From IMG/VR virus record IMGVR_UViG_2974778117_000001, positions 1 to 64,000 of that record: a DNA stretch of 64,000 nucleotides, one strand, 5' to 3'. The DNA comes from a virus. Its lineage: Duplodnaviria; Caudoviricetes. Both the position numbers and the translations under genes were made by a program. Numbering within the stretch: position 1 is the first letter of the stretch; every line of letters starts with the position of its first letter. The notes under the pieces are model-generated. The model did not search any database. It had not been told where the DNA came from and saw only the letters and a program-made list of their open reading frames with translations. Below, piece after piece: positions 27,863 to 39,110 of the stretch.

Positions 27863-28369
27863 ATGTTCATGAACAAAATCATCCTAATGATCGGTCTTAC
27901 CTTCCCTTCGGTTATGGGCGTTTCGACGCCGGAGCCGCTTCCGGAAATGCCGGTGGCAATCGAAGAAGCGTATAGCGAGAAGGACGTTGATTGTCTGGCT
28001 CGGAACATCTACTTTGAGGCTTCCGGCGAATCGTTCACGGGTAAACTCTCGGCTGGATTCGTCGCGTTCAATCGCTCAGAAGCCAAAGCATTCCCCAACA
28101 CGATCTGCGAAGTGGTCTATCAGAAGAGCCGGGGAGTTTGCCAGTTCTCTTGGGTATGCCAGCGTAAGAATCATGTGCCAATGCTCCGCAACCCGATGGA
28201 TCATCAGGCGTGGGAAGAGTCGAAGTGGGCAGCCATCCAGATTCTGGAGGGAAGCGCCAAGGACCCAACACACGGTGCGCTATTCTACCACACGGTGGCA
28301 GTGAATCCGGTCTGGAACCGCAAGATGACGCAGACGGCACTGATCGGAACGCATCGGTTCTTCAAATGA
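27863..28369 (+). CDS. SleB/Hydrolase_2 cell wall hydrolase
   Basis: CLARNIYFEASGE, FPNTICEVVYQ, CQFSW, GALFYH and IGTHRFF motifs. Confidence 0.92.
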   Translation: MFMNKIILMIGLTFPSVMGVSTPEPLPEMPVAIEEAYSEKDVDCLARNIYFEASGESFTGKLSAGFVAFNRSEAKAFPNTICEVVYQKSRGVCQFSWVCQRKNHVPMLRNPMDHQAWEESKWAAIQILEGSAKDPTHGALFYHTVAVNPVWNRKMTQTALIGTHRFFK

Positions 28370-28372
28370 TTT

Positions 28373-28412
28373 GAAAAGAGGCCTTGTGCCTCTTTTCTTT
28401 TGCGTATACAAT
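28373..28412 (+). promoter_or_regulatory. Fused terminator/promoter cassette, type A copy 2
   Basis: GAAAAGAGGC-CTTGT-GCCTCTTTTC-TTTT; TTGTGC-17-TACAAT. Confidence 0.75.
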
Positions 28413-29120
28413 ACAGATCGGACAAGAGGAGATTCGTCATGTTTCCTGCGTTGTGTACGCTACTGCTGGTAGTGTGGCTCCTGTACGGCAAGGGTCCACC
28501 GAATGATCCACAGCACCCCATGCCCGCCGACCAACCAGTGAGGATTGCATAATGCTACTTGCAGGCAATAAGACCGTCTCCAATGAAGAGATGGACATCA
28601 TCGTCAAGACGATTCTGGACTATGTGTTCGGCGAGACTCCGTACAAGATCCAAAGCACGGAGCGCCTGCGAACCTGTCTCGAGGTGATTGTGGAATATCA
28701 TCGTCGTGGTTTCGTGATCGAAGACGAATTCCAGATTCCCTTCGCTGCGTTCTTTGACGAGAACCCGATCTACGTGTATGAAGAGAGTGTGATCCAAAGG
28801 CAGATTGACGATCAGGAGGCTACCATCCACGGTGCGCAACGCGCCATCATCAATCTGAACAATGATCTGCGAAAGCTGAAGGAGCGCTTCAATGTCGATT
28901 GAAGTTAGCCTCCCGAAGAAGGTCACGAACGTCAGCCCGACCGGCGATGGCTTTGAGGTCGATGTGTGGGAAGGTTATGAAGTGACCGCGCAAGTCAAGG
29001 CGCCGCATGGCCTTCTGTACGTGAACAGCACACGCTGGGCGATCCTCACACCAATCATCTACGTGAAGGCATGGTTTGCAGCCATCCGTCACGCAATCGT
29101 GTACCGCTGAAGGAGTCATC

Positions 29121-30230
29121 ATGTATCTGAATCTGCAAATGATGCGAGACGCACTAGGTCACGACGAGACCGTGCGTTTCAAGGAAGAGACCGTTGACGG
29201 TCGAGAGTTCGTGATCGTGTCGTACATGATCGCAAACGATGATCTCTGGCGACGGTCTTTCGGTGCGGAAGCTCGCGGCATTACCTTCGACAAGGCGACT
29301 GGCGAGTGTGTCAGCCGTCCATTCCACAAGTTCTTCAACGTCGGCGAGAAGGAGTTTACCCAGCCGGTTGCTCTGCAGAACACTGTGTGGACCGCATATC
29401 CGAAGATCGACGGTTCCATGATCACTCCGGTGATGGTGAATGGCAAGGTGCGCCTCAAGACCAAGAAGTCCTTCTACTCGAATGTGGCACGCGAGGCGCA
29501 AGCAAACCTGGACCCGTTCACTGAGGGTCAGATGGCAGCCTTCCTGATCTCCGGCTGGACTCCGATCTACGAGTACACGTCGCCGACCACCAAGATCGTG
29601 GTACAGCATGACAAGCCGGCGTTCAAGCTTCTGGCTGGTCGTTCTACTCAGGAAGGCCATTATCTGACGCCAACCGATCTCGCACTGAATGACACTGCGA
29701 TCAAGCCTGAGTTCCACATGGCAGACATCAACGAGCTGCTATATATCGCACGTGATCTGGAAGGTGTCGAGGGATGGGTGCTGGTCGATCACCAGGATGG
29801 CTACAATCGTGTGAAGATCAAGACCGAGTGGTATAACCGCTTGCATCGCGTCCTGGACCTCCGCGTTCGTGACGTGGTGGAATGGATCCGCGACGAGAAG
29901 CTGGACGATATGATGCCTAACCTGATCAGCATGGGAGTCGACACGGACGTGATCCGTGGCATCGAGAACCGTGTGGTCAACGCGATCAGTGATGCTGTCA
30001 CTCACGTGAAGACGGTGGTGGTCGGCGCATCCGGTCTGCCACTGAAGGAAGCCGTGCAGTTCATCGAGAAGCACGGCGGCATCTACGTCAAGGCTTGCCA
30101 TCGCACCTGGCGTACTGGTTGCATCGAGCCTCAGATGGATCTCATCGTCCGCCTGTACTTCCAGTATCACCTTCAGGACTACGAACTGACATCAATCGGC
30201 AACCCCAACTTCGGAGGAAAGGATGGCTAA
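29121..30230 (+). CDS. rnlA: RNA ligase 1 (T4 RnlA-like)
   Basis: EARGITF, PFHKFFNVGE, KIDGS (motif I), EGWV and KIKTEWY motifs. Confidence 0.92.
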   Translation: MYLNLQMMRDALGHDETVRFKEETVDGREFVIVSYMIANDDLWRRSFGAEARGITFDKATGECVSRPFHKFFNVGEKEFTQPVALQNTVWTAYPKIDGSMITPVMVNGKVRLKTKKSFYSNVAREAQANLDPFTEGQMAAFLISGWTPIYEYTSPTTKIVVQHDKPAFKLLAGRSTQEGHYLTPTDLALNDTAIKPEFHMADINELLYIARDLEGVEGWVLVDHQDGYNRVKIKTEWYNRLHRVLDLRVRDVVEWIRDEKLDDMMPNLISMGVDTDVIRGIENRVVNAISDAVTHVKTVVVGASGLPLKEAVQFIEKHGGIYVKACHRTWRTGCIEPQMDLIVRLYFQYHLQDYELTSIGNPNFGGKDG

Positions 30231-32525
30231 TCTGAACCGTCACGTCGGCTTCTGCCGAGAGTCTGAGCTGTCGAAGAAGCTCCGCAAGCTGAAGTCAACC
30301 GCCAAGAAGCAGAAGCTGAAGGACTGGGCGATTGATGTGCGCGAGGTCAAAGCTCTGTATGATGGGGTCCCGCGATTCCGTCTCGAATTGAGTTGGGAAA
30401 AGGATTGATTTCCTAATCCTCTGACGATACAATACATGAAACCCAACAGGAGACTGAAATGTTGATCACCTACGCTTGTACCTGAACAGCCTCGATAACG
30501 AGGGTCTGGAGACCGAGGCGTTCAACGTCTGGGGTATCGTGGACGCGTTGCCGCTCGGCGGTGTCTCGGAGAAGGAAGACGAGGAAGCCCGCCAGGAGCT
30601 CATTGAGCGTCTGGTCGGTCTGGACGAGGAGAGTCAGCATGGTCACTGACGCCGCCCGCATCGCCGAGCTGGAAGCAGAAGTCGCACGTCTCAAGGCTGA
30701 GAATCAGCAGCTACAGGACGACGTGAACACCGCCTGGCAAAACTGGGAGACGTTCATCGAGCCAATCAACAACTACTTCATCTTCCAGCCGTGGTTCAGC
30801 TGCCGCGACAAGAACGATGAACTCCCGAACGGTGGTGCTCTGAACATCATCGAGAGTGTCGAAGATGTGATCGAAAACTACCACCGTCTCGGATGGCTGG
30901 CAGCTTGCCTGAAGTCGTGCATCAACAGCGGCGAGTCGTGGTCAGAAATTCTGGAACGGCACTACGACGACGCCACCGATTTCTGGCGCAAAACATCAAG
31001 AAGGTGCCGTGATGTTCGACGCAAAGACTCTCCGCGAGATCAGCGAGTCGGTGGTACATGAGCCATCAGACAAGATCAAGCATCTGGCTGGACGTATTCT
31101 GGACCCAGCGCATGAGCGAGCGTTGAAGGGAAACGTGTCGTTCACAGCGACGATTGCCTCCGACAAAGGTACGGAAGGCGAGCTGATCTGCTATCTCGAG
31201 TCGCTCGGCTACAAGGTTCGGACCTGGGGCCATATTGTGCTGACACAAGACTCCGTATATCAAATCCACATCAACTGGGGGCGCAATGGATAATCTGACT
31301 CTCATCACTCCACAGCTCGCTCAACAGATCCAAGAAAGTTACAACAACCGTGAGGTGTACAACGCCCTGCTGGTTGATCGCGTTTGCAATCTGATCGAGT
31401 GGTTCATCGTCGAGTATGATCTGGGCGATGTCAATGACGACAAGCTGCGCCGCAAGGTGCGCGACAGCGTTATGTGGAGGACTGGAACCTGGGCATTCAC
31501 CAAGAGTCTCTCCAGCTGCTACTACAGTATGCATCTGGACAACGCTGGTCTGCACCATATCCTGGATGTATACAATGCCACCAAGCCGGCTGACTGCTAT
31601 CTGGATCTGAGCTGGAACTATCGTCAGCTCGACCCGAAGCGTAAGTACGACGACCGTGATGGATACGACTTCACCCCAGGTGATCAGTGGTATCTGACCG
31701 GCTTCTGGTGGAAGCGTCTCAAAACTCGTCTCTGGAGGTCATGATGGCATGGTGGAATGATTCATCGCAGGTCTATGTGACCATCAGCGGCGATGACCCC
31801 GACTGGATGAACCAGCTCTGCTGCGCCTTGGTGTATATCGAAGGCGTCAAGATCCGCGAAGTGAACTGGCGTGTCGCAAAAGAGCTCAACGCTCGGCTTG
31901 AGAACCAAAAGCGTTCTTGGCTGACTCGCTGGATGTACGAGACCGACACCAGCCCGGAGGCGCTCGAGAAGTGGAAGACAACCTACGACTCGATGGGTCA
32001 AAACTTCTACTCCGTGGAGACTTACGAGAAGTACCACAAGTATGAAGAGATCCGTGCCATCGAAGAGATGGTCAATTCCTGCATTCAGGGTCGAGCTGAG
32101 TTCAAGGTTCCGATCAAGCTGCATCGGATCATCACACAGTGGGCAGCGGCAGAAGCTAAGGATCCGTATGAAGATGACCCGCTGGAACAGCTGCTGAAGC
32201 GCTGGCGAGAAATCGGAGAGACTCACGGTGTGCGAGAGTTCACCGGCAATGATCACTTCCTGTTTGCCAATGAACTCAGGGTCGCGATGACCAAGGCGAG
32301 GCATCCGAATGTCCGTTGATGCGCATCATGAACCAGCATACAGCGCCTGTATCGGCGCTTGTGCCTGGAGTGTTGGTGAGTCCCTGGACGACTTGGACGG
32401 CTACATCATCAAATCGCCGAATAGCTCAATCGAGTCGGCGAAGTGTGGCTGGCGGGACATTGACCGCGATTACAAATGGTGGTGTCTGATCGACCAGCAG
32501 CGTATCAAGAACGAGAGCAAACAGC

Positions 32526-32995
32526 TCAAGCGGTGGACGCTATCTGACTTCGATCCTGCCATCCAATGACCAGGTAGGGGAAGTGCTTGCCGTTGATGTT
32601 CTCGTTGTAGTACAAGCGTTCACCGTTTGCGTCTACAGCTTCCAGAACATCACGCTTCCACTGTTCTCTGATTTCACAAAAGTTGACATCACGCTTTAGC
32701 TGATGCAAAGAGAGGATCTCGCGCTTGAAGCGTTGAGGTCCTTCTTCTTTGACGAGCTGCTTGATCTCGTCATTTGAACCGAAGTACTTCTCCCAATCCG
32801 ACACGATCTTAGATCGCCGCTTGGCGCCCTTGGCCTTGCGCATGCCACCGAAGAACTTCTTCCCGATGTACATCTTGCCATTGACCCGATCTGTGATCAG
32901 GTAGACAAATCCTTCCAGCTTCCCTACCATCTCCTGGGTGAACGGTTTGCCGTTGAAGGTCCAGGGTTCCAGTTCTACTTGCTTCTTGCGCGCAT
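32526..32995 (-). CDS. GIY-YIG-like protein conserved in T4-like phages (indel near start)
   Basis: WTFNG...GFVYLITD..GKMYIGKK..SDWEKYFGS..FKREIL..YYNENI. Confidence 0.75.
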
Positions 32996-33030
32996 TGGTC
33001 TAGTCTCAGTCCAGATTTGAGATGAAAACG

Positions 33031-33074
33031 CTAACCCCTTGACCTATAAGGAGAAAAGTCGGTCAAGGGGTTAG
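33031..33074. repeat. 14-bp perfect inverted repeat (possible terminator or operator)
   Basis: CTAACCCCTTGACC-16 nt-GGTCAAGGGGTTAG. Confidence 0.7.
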
Positions 33075-33695
33075 CCGTAACTTATTGATTCTATTACGAA
33101 AGGCTAGCCGGGCGCTACCGCTAGCATCTGCGTTCCACTGGCGGAAGCCCATCGTGACCGTGATCGTCTGGAAGTTGTTCATCTGGCTGTAGCTCAGATC
33201 GAGCGCGCCCACGTTCATGGGCCATGCGTCTACCAGCGTCACGGAGTATTTATCTCGCATCGTGTCATCCAGCGTGACGATCTTGATGTCTGAGACGTAC
33301 TCATTCCAGAAGTTCATTGTGTTGCTGGTCGTGTTCGTGACCGTGTTCTGCCATAGGTCAAAGAACTGTCGGCTGTCGGCTCGGCTGTCAGCGTAGAAGC
33401 TGAAGGTCACCGGATCATACAGCGAGCCAACCGGAACACGGAACGGAGCACCATTCATGACCGTCTCAATGGTCTGCATTGAGCGCTGCGGTAGCGTTGC
33501 CGTGTGACACTTGATCGACACCGATTGTGCGTTTTCGTTGTTGAATCGTCGGATGTTCGCTGTGTCCGACCAAGCGTGAGTGCGCACGCCTGCATTAACC
33601 GGCAAGCCTTGCGGGAGATTGAACTCCACGCGGTACTTGTTTGGCTTCATCATCCCATGTGTGAAATGGGACAGGAACTCTTCATACAGAGCCAT
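33063..33695 (-). CDS. Baseplate tail-tube initiator (T4 gp54-like)
   Basis: KPNKYRVEF..C..ATLP..YDPVTFSFY..FFDLWQ..YVSDI..DAWP..LDLSY; start at 33695 by TAATG coupling. Confidence 0.8.
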   Translation of the reverse strand: MALYEEFLSHFTHGMMKPNKYRVEFNLPQGLPVNAGVRTHAWSDTANIRRFNNENAQSVSIKCHTATLPQRSMQTIETVMNGAPFRVPVGSLYDPVTFSFYADSRADSRQFFDLWQNTVTNTTSNTMNFWNEYVSDIKIVTLDDTMRDKYSVTLVDAWPMNVGALDLSYSQMNNFQTITVTMGFRQWNADASGSARLAFRNRINKLRLTP

Positions 33696-34363
33696 TAGAC
33701 CTTCTTCCTCGATCTGCGTGTCTTCGGACGAGTAGCCGCCCAGACTTGTGATGCTCTTGCCTTCTTGAACTGCTGCAGCGGGAGAAGAGCGACATTGTCC
33801 CAATACATGCGGTCAATTCGGATGACCGGTGTGGTCACGTGACCAGCGAGGTAGCGCTTGATACATGGCGCGACCAACGGATGAACTGCCAAGCCCTTCA
33901 GCATCCCGTAAGAGAGCTTCATGTATGCTCGATCATCACCTGCGCGCCTGCGATACGTCATCAGCGTGTCTAGAAGCTTAGCCCGGAGGATTGGCGGCAG
34001 GTAGTGGAGGTTCAGCCCCAGCCAGCCGTCCGGATAGAACTCAATCGGGATCACGCAAGGCAGCGTATCGTACCAAGGCAGCGTGTCCTTGTGCTTCGGA
34101 TCGTATCCGTACACGAACATACCGCCGATGAACACGTTGCGTCCACGACGAGGTGCGAACGCTTGGTCTGGAACGTTGCCGCGCTTGATCTTGGAACCGA
34201 CCAGATCGTAGAACCACTTCAGCGCCTTTGCGTCTGCGCCACGTTCTGCCGACTTTACCTTTGCCTCAATGGTTGCCTTCTTGGTGAGCTGTGTCTGCTC
34301 AGTCGAGGTGCCGGGCTTTACCTGGACCTTGCGACGGGTTGGATTGATCTTGACGGTTGCCAT
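33695..34363 (-). CDS. DNA end protector (T4 gp2-like)
   Basis: GGMFVYGYDPKHKDTLPWYD..GLNLHYLPP..CIKRYL motifs. Confidence 0.92.
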   Translation of the reverse strand: MATVKINPTRRKVQVKPGTSTEQTQLTKKATIEAKVKSAERGADAKALKWFYDLVGSKIKRGNVPDQAFAPRRGRNVFIGGMFVYGYDPKHKDTLPWYDTLPCVIPIEFYPDGWLGLNLHYLPPILRAKLLDTLMTYRRRAGDDRAYMKLSYGMLKGLAVHPLVAPCIKRYLAGHVTTPVIRIDRMYWDNVALLPLQQFKKARASQVWAATRPKTRRSRKKV

Positions 34364-34854
34364 CACTTCTTCCTCTTTGCGATTCCTAGATCATACTCTG
34401 TCAAGACCCGGAAGGTAGCTCCGATGCTCTTTGCATACTCGGTTGCGTGCTTCCATTTGTCCTGATTCACCTGGTAAGTGTGTAGCGCGTTCAGGTATCG
34501 CTGTTCGTTCTTGCCCCGGCGTGGTGGTCTCGTTTCGCCGTCTGGCTTGATCTCGACTAGCATCGTCTGGATGCCGTCATGGGTTTGGAACTGGACGATG
34601 AAGTCAAGGTAGTAACGCCTGTGCTTACCGTCCGCCTGTGAGAAGTAGGGGATGATCAAGCCTTCGCTGTTCCACTTGACAACTGATGGATTCATATCAC
34701 ACCAGCGCATGAACTTCAGCTCCCAGCTCGATCTGTAGGTGATCTCCGTGAGCTTGCCGATGTACTTATGGCGGTTATGTGGAACGAACTGCCCTTGCTT
34801 GAACTTGACTTTCGCGCCGGGCTTGCGATCCATGGGTTTGATATGTTGGCTCAT
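34363..34854 (-). CDS. Head completion nuclease (T4 gp4-like)
   Basis: YRSSWELKFMRWCD.NP..WNSE..IPY..RYYLDF..EIKP..NQDKW. Confidence 0.93.
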   Translation of the reverse strand: MSQHIKPMDRKPGAKVKFKQGQFVPHNRHKYIGKLTEITYRSSWELKFMRWCDMNPSVVKWNSEGLIIPYFSQADGKHRRYYLDFIVQFQTHDGIQTMLVEIKPDGETRPPRRGKNEQRYLNALHTYQVNQDKWKHATEYAKSIGATFRVLTEYDLGIAKRKK

Positions 34855-34860
34855 CGCATG

Positions 34861-34887
34861 TAAATAGTTGTATCCTCTATCTATTTA
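34861..34887. promoter_or_regulatory. Overlapping TAAATA late promoters serving the divergent gp4 and gp48 operons
   Basis: TAAATA 34861-66 (+) and TATTTA 34882-87 (-). Confidence 0.75.
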
Positions 34888-34895
34888 AGGGCGTC

Positions 34896-35686
34896 ATGGC
34901 AGACCTTGTATACCCAAAGAGCCTGCGAGATCCAGACGCGAACCCGGGCTGGATCCAATTCAACTTCTTCGAGCGCGACAGTCCGAAGGAGTCGAGCCCT
35001 ATCGACAAGATTGCGCTGTATATGCCTGAGTCGATCAGTCAGCCGTCCACAGTTTCGTGGGACAGCGAGAAGTTCGGCTTCATCGGCAATGCGGTAGCGG
35101 CGGGTGCAGCAGCCTTCAATCGTGATCGCTCGCTGGGTGGAGCAATGCAGGCAGCCCAAACAGCCTTCGGTCAAATGGAAGGCGGTTCAGATGTGCTGAT
35201 GGCTCGCGCTATGGCGAACCTGGGTTCCGCGGCGGTTGGCTTGATGGGTGGCAATGTGTCAGCTGAAGGCTTGATGGGCGCAGTCGCTGGCAAGATCTTC
35301 AATCCATACATGACGATGGTGTTCCGCGGTATCGACTTCCGCAACTTCGCATTCACCTTCAAGTTCGTACCGTTCAGCGAGAAGGATTGCGACACCATTG
35401 ATGAGATCGTGAAGACGTTCCGCAAGAACCAGCTGCCTGAGTGGGAATCGGGACGCACCTTCCTCGGCTATCCGAACGAGTGTCAGATCAGCTACAAGTG
35501 GAAGGACCAGGACAACAAGTGGTTGCACAAATTCAAGCGTGCGGTATGCACAGCCGTTGACGTTGACTACACGCCTGCTGGCGGTTTCAACTCGATGCGC
35601 AATGGTATGCCGGCAGCCATCACCGTTTCGACCAAGTGGAACGAGATCGACTGGTGACACGCAAGGACGTAGACGAGGGCTTCTGA
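34896..35686 (+). CDS. Baseplate tail-tube cap (T4 gp48-like; indel near 35650)
   Basis: IALYMP..NPYMTMVFRGIDFRNFAFTFKFVP..FLGYP..VDYTP. Confidence 0.85.
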
Positions 35687-36225
35687 TGGGCTTCTTCAAC
35701 AAATTCGGAACCGTCAACTATTCTCTTGACGGTTACAACAAGGATGCGATGAACATCATCACCGCCGCGATTGTCAAGCGGCTGCGTGTCGATGAATCGT
35801 ATGTCCACATGCGTTACACCATCTCCGATGGCGAGATCCCGGAAGGTGTAGCCAATGAGCTTTACAAGGATCCGCAGCTTTACTGGACGATCCTTCTGGT
35901 CAACGCAATCGTCAATCCATTCCTAGAATGGCCCGTCAGCACCGATGTGCTTGAGGACATTGTCAAGGCCAAGTACGGCAACGTCAACAAGATCGTCGCT
36001 TGGCAGAACAACACGACTGGACTCTACTACGATGACGTAGACAGTGCAAAGTGGCAGGCGATGGTCGACAACGGACAGCAGCTTCCCATGGCGGTCCATC
36101 CCGTCACGGCATTGGCTTGGGAGAATGATCTCAATACCAAGCGTTCTCAGATCGTGGTGGTAGATCCAAAGTATATCAATCTTTTCGTAGACATGTTCAA
36201 CAAGGTAGTGGAAGGCACTCAATGA
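35686..36225 (+). CDS. Baseplate wedge subunit (T4 gp53-like)
   Basis: MGFFNKF..YTISDGEIPEGVANELYKDPQLYWTILLVN..EWP. Confidence 0.88.
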   Translation: MGFFNKFGTVNYSLDGYNKDAMNIITAAIVKRLRVDESYVHMRYTISDGEIPEGVANELYKDPQLYWTILLVNAIVNPFLEWPVSTDVLEDIVKAKYGNVNKIVAWQNNTTGLYYDDVDSAKWQAMVDNGQQLPMAVHPVTALAWENDLNTKRSQIVVVDPKYINLFVDMFNKVVEGTQ

Positions 36226-36253
36226 TCATTGATCGCGGCTCAACTTCGGAGAC

Positions 36254-37447
36254 ATGAAGAAGTTCATCGTCCGCATCAATGATATGGACGTGACTGAAGC
36301 TGTCGTCTCCGCTCATGTGTTCCAAGACGTGCTGGCGCTGACCAACACCTGTGTCGTCAACTTCAACGACACGAACAACCTCCTGATGAACATCCCGATC
36401 CGAGCTGGTGCTAAGCTGGAGATTGAAGTTCAGACTGACCTTGACTCTATCGGCGATGGCGAGCAGTATTGGTCTTTCGTCATCTATCGCATCGGCGAGA
36501 AGCAGATGCTGAACAACAAGCAGCAGGCTTATGCCGCGTTCGCCGCTGATGAGCGATTCTTGTTGAACCAGACCAAGCGTGTGCACAAAGCGTACACCAA
36601 ACAATCGACTTCACAGATTGCCGTGAACATCTTCAAAGAGTATCTGGGAGGCGGTCTCAAAGACGTTGATCCGACCGATCATGCTATCGACGTGATTGTG
36701 CCGGCGTGGACTCCGTTCTATGCTCTGAACTGGTTGCTACGTTCCAGCATGCGTAATGACGCGGCTGACTATGTCCTGTTCCAGAAGCACGACGGCTCGT
36801 TCGCTATGAAGTCGTTTGAGAACATGTACAGCAATCCGGCTGAGTCGAGCGGTATCACGTTCCAGGTGCAGGCAACCAACCTCCGCCAGAACGGTGAGGT
36901 GACCTACGATTACGCCACCGGCATCACAGCTTACCACTTCGAGCACTTCGACGCTTTGTCGAATCTCGCGGCTGGCTACTATCAGAGCCAGACAGCCAGC
37001 TATGACTTCATCAACAAGACGTGGAGCAAGGCTGACTTCAAGTTTGGCGACGACAACGCTGCCGACAAGAAGCGCCTCAAGCTCGACAATGACGTATTCA
37101 TGTCTGGCGAAGGTGTGAACATCACCTTCCGCCCGAAGATGCCTGGGCTGACTGCCAACGGCAACTATCTGGATTCGGTCGATAAGTGGCAAGGCAGCCG
37201 TAAGTCAAGCATGATGAAGTTTGAGCAAGAGAAGCTGGTCATTCAGATTCCGGGCTCTTGCGCAGCCAGTAAATGGTTTGGTAAGAACTGCATCGTTGAC
37301 TTGCCGTCTCAGGATTGGCAGTCAGATGAGCTGTACGATAAGCAGAGACGTGGCACATACTTGATCACGGCAATGGCACACATGTACAACAAGGACGCCT
37401 ACATGATCAACGCTGAACTTGTTAAGAAGAGACTTGAGAATGACTGA
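36254..37447 (+). CDS. Baseplate hub protein (gp27-like)
   Basis: Position between gp53 and gp5; IVPAWTP and GTYLITAMAH motifs. Confidence 0.7.
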   Translation: MKKFIVRINDMDVTEAVVSAHVFQDVLALTNTCVVNFNDTNNLLMNIPIRAGAKLEIEVQTDLDSIGDGEQYWSFVIYRIGEKQMLNNKQQAYAAFAADERFLLNQTKRVHKAYTKQSTSQIAVNIFKEYLGGGLKDVDPTDHAIDVIVPAWTPFYALNWLLRSSMRNDAADYVLFQKHDGSFAMKSFENMYSNPAESSGITFQVQATNLRQNGEVTYDYATGITAYHFEHFDALSNLAAGYYQSQTASYDFINKTWSKADFKFGDDNAADKKRLKLDNDVFMSGEGVNITFRPKMPGLTANGNYLDSVDKWQGSRKSSMMKFEQEKLVIQIPGSCAASKWFGKNCIVDLPSQDWQSDELYDKQRRGTYLITAMAHMYNKDAYMINAELVKKRLEND

Positions 37448-39100
37448 TCAGATTCATGGCGTGGACTATGGCGCTTACAAGTGGTGGGTGGGTTCGGTTG
37501 AGGATCGTGATGATCCTCTGAAGATCGGTCGCGTTCGTGTCCGAATCAACGGCTATCATCCAGATGACAAGGGTTTGGTGCCGACTGAGGCGTTGCCTTG
37601 GGCTATCACGATCAACCCGATCACCGATGCAGGACAGAAGGGTGTCGGTATGGCGCCAGTCGGTCTGCAGGTCGGGTCGCAAGTTACGGGTTTCTTCCTC
37701 GACGGAGAGAACGCTCAGATGCCTGCAGTCACTGGTGTGCTTGTCGGCGCTCCGAACGGTCGACCAGACACAAACCGACTGACACGCGGCGAAGAGATCA
37801 GCCAGACCATTGTCGAGGCAAAGAACAAGAATCGCCTGATCTCGCTGCCCTTGAGTTTGTCGAGCAGCCTCAGTTCCATCGCCAACATCCAGCAGAACAT
37901 CCAGGCTCAGGTCTCGAGCGTGACGAATCAGATGGCGCGCATCAAGAAGATGGGTGATCAGCTGAAGAATGCCAAGCTTACCATCCCGGGAATTCAGATC
38001 CCTGACATCTCGGCGGCGATCCAAGGTGTCAATGGACAGTTCCAAGGCTTGCGCGGCAATCTGCAATCCCTGAACTCTGCAGCGAACGGTGTCAAGACGG
38101 CAAGCGACAATGTCGTGAACGTCATCACCGACAACATCGCTCAGGTCTATCAGGAAGCCCAGAACATCAACAACGCGGCTTCACAGCTGGGTGGTGTCCA
38201 GAATGACATCAGGTCGCAGATCCTCCGCTTGCAGGGTGGCATGGCTGAGGTGACAAGCCAGGTAGACAATCAGGTTGAGGCACTGACCGACATTCCCAAG
38301 TCTGCAATGGCTGGAATCGACAATGCCGTCGGCGCTGCTGATCGTGCTGTCGGCTCGGTGATGAATGGTCTGAACGGTATCACTGGGAACATCACAGGAA
38401 CGCTCGATCAGCTGAAGAGCCTCGACAAGCTCCGCAGTCTGAACCCTGGCATCGGCATCCCGGATGTGTCGAATCTGATCGGCTCGTTCAATCAGCTGAC
38501 CAATGCCTTTGACGCAATCGGCAATCTGTCCGGCGCGATGAACAGCCTCAACCAGATCGTGGGCGTGATCGGTAAGATCAAGGGTCTGTCCATGGTGATC
38601 CCGAACGCCGCTACCATCATGGGCGCGATCACCGCATTGCAGGCTGGTCCGCTGAGCAACATGTTCATGCAGCCGTTGTCGCCGGCTAATCCGGAATATC
38701 CGTTCAACAAGGTGTTCGAGACGGAAGGCGGTCACGTTGAAGAGTTCGATGACACGCCAGGCTCTGAGCGCTACCAGCGATACCATCCCAGCGGCACCTT
38801 TGTGGAGGATCACCCGGACGGTACACGGTCTGAGAAGGTTGTCAAGGACCGCTACACGGTCATCATGGGCGACGACAGCATCCATGTGCAGGGCAATGTG
38901 AAGGTAAATATCATTGGCAACGCGGATGTTGTAGTGGTTGGCAACGCGACGACTCAAGTCAACGGCAACAAGATTGACATCGTCAAGGGCGACTACTCGC
39001 TGATGGTTGGCGGCAACATGAGCACCGCGGTTGGTCTCATGCGAACCGATGGCGCGGGCGTAATGCACAAAGTGACCGCACCTCAAATTGGCTCAATTAA
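37440..39100 (+). CDS. Baseplate spike (T4 gp5-like) with OB fold, helical insert and beta-helix
   Basis: WWVGSVEDRDDPLKIGRVRVR..LPWA..GFFLDG; YPFNKVFETEGGHVEEFDDTPG; VxGN repeats; probable end IGLN* near 39100. Confidence 0.9.
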
Positions 39101-39110
39101 GGAGAGGCGA

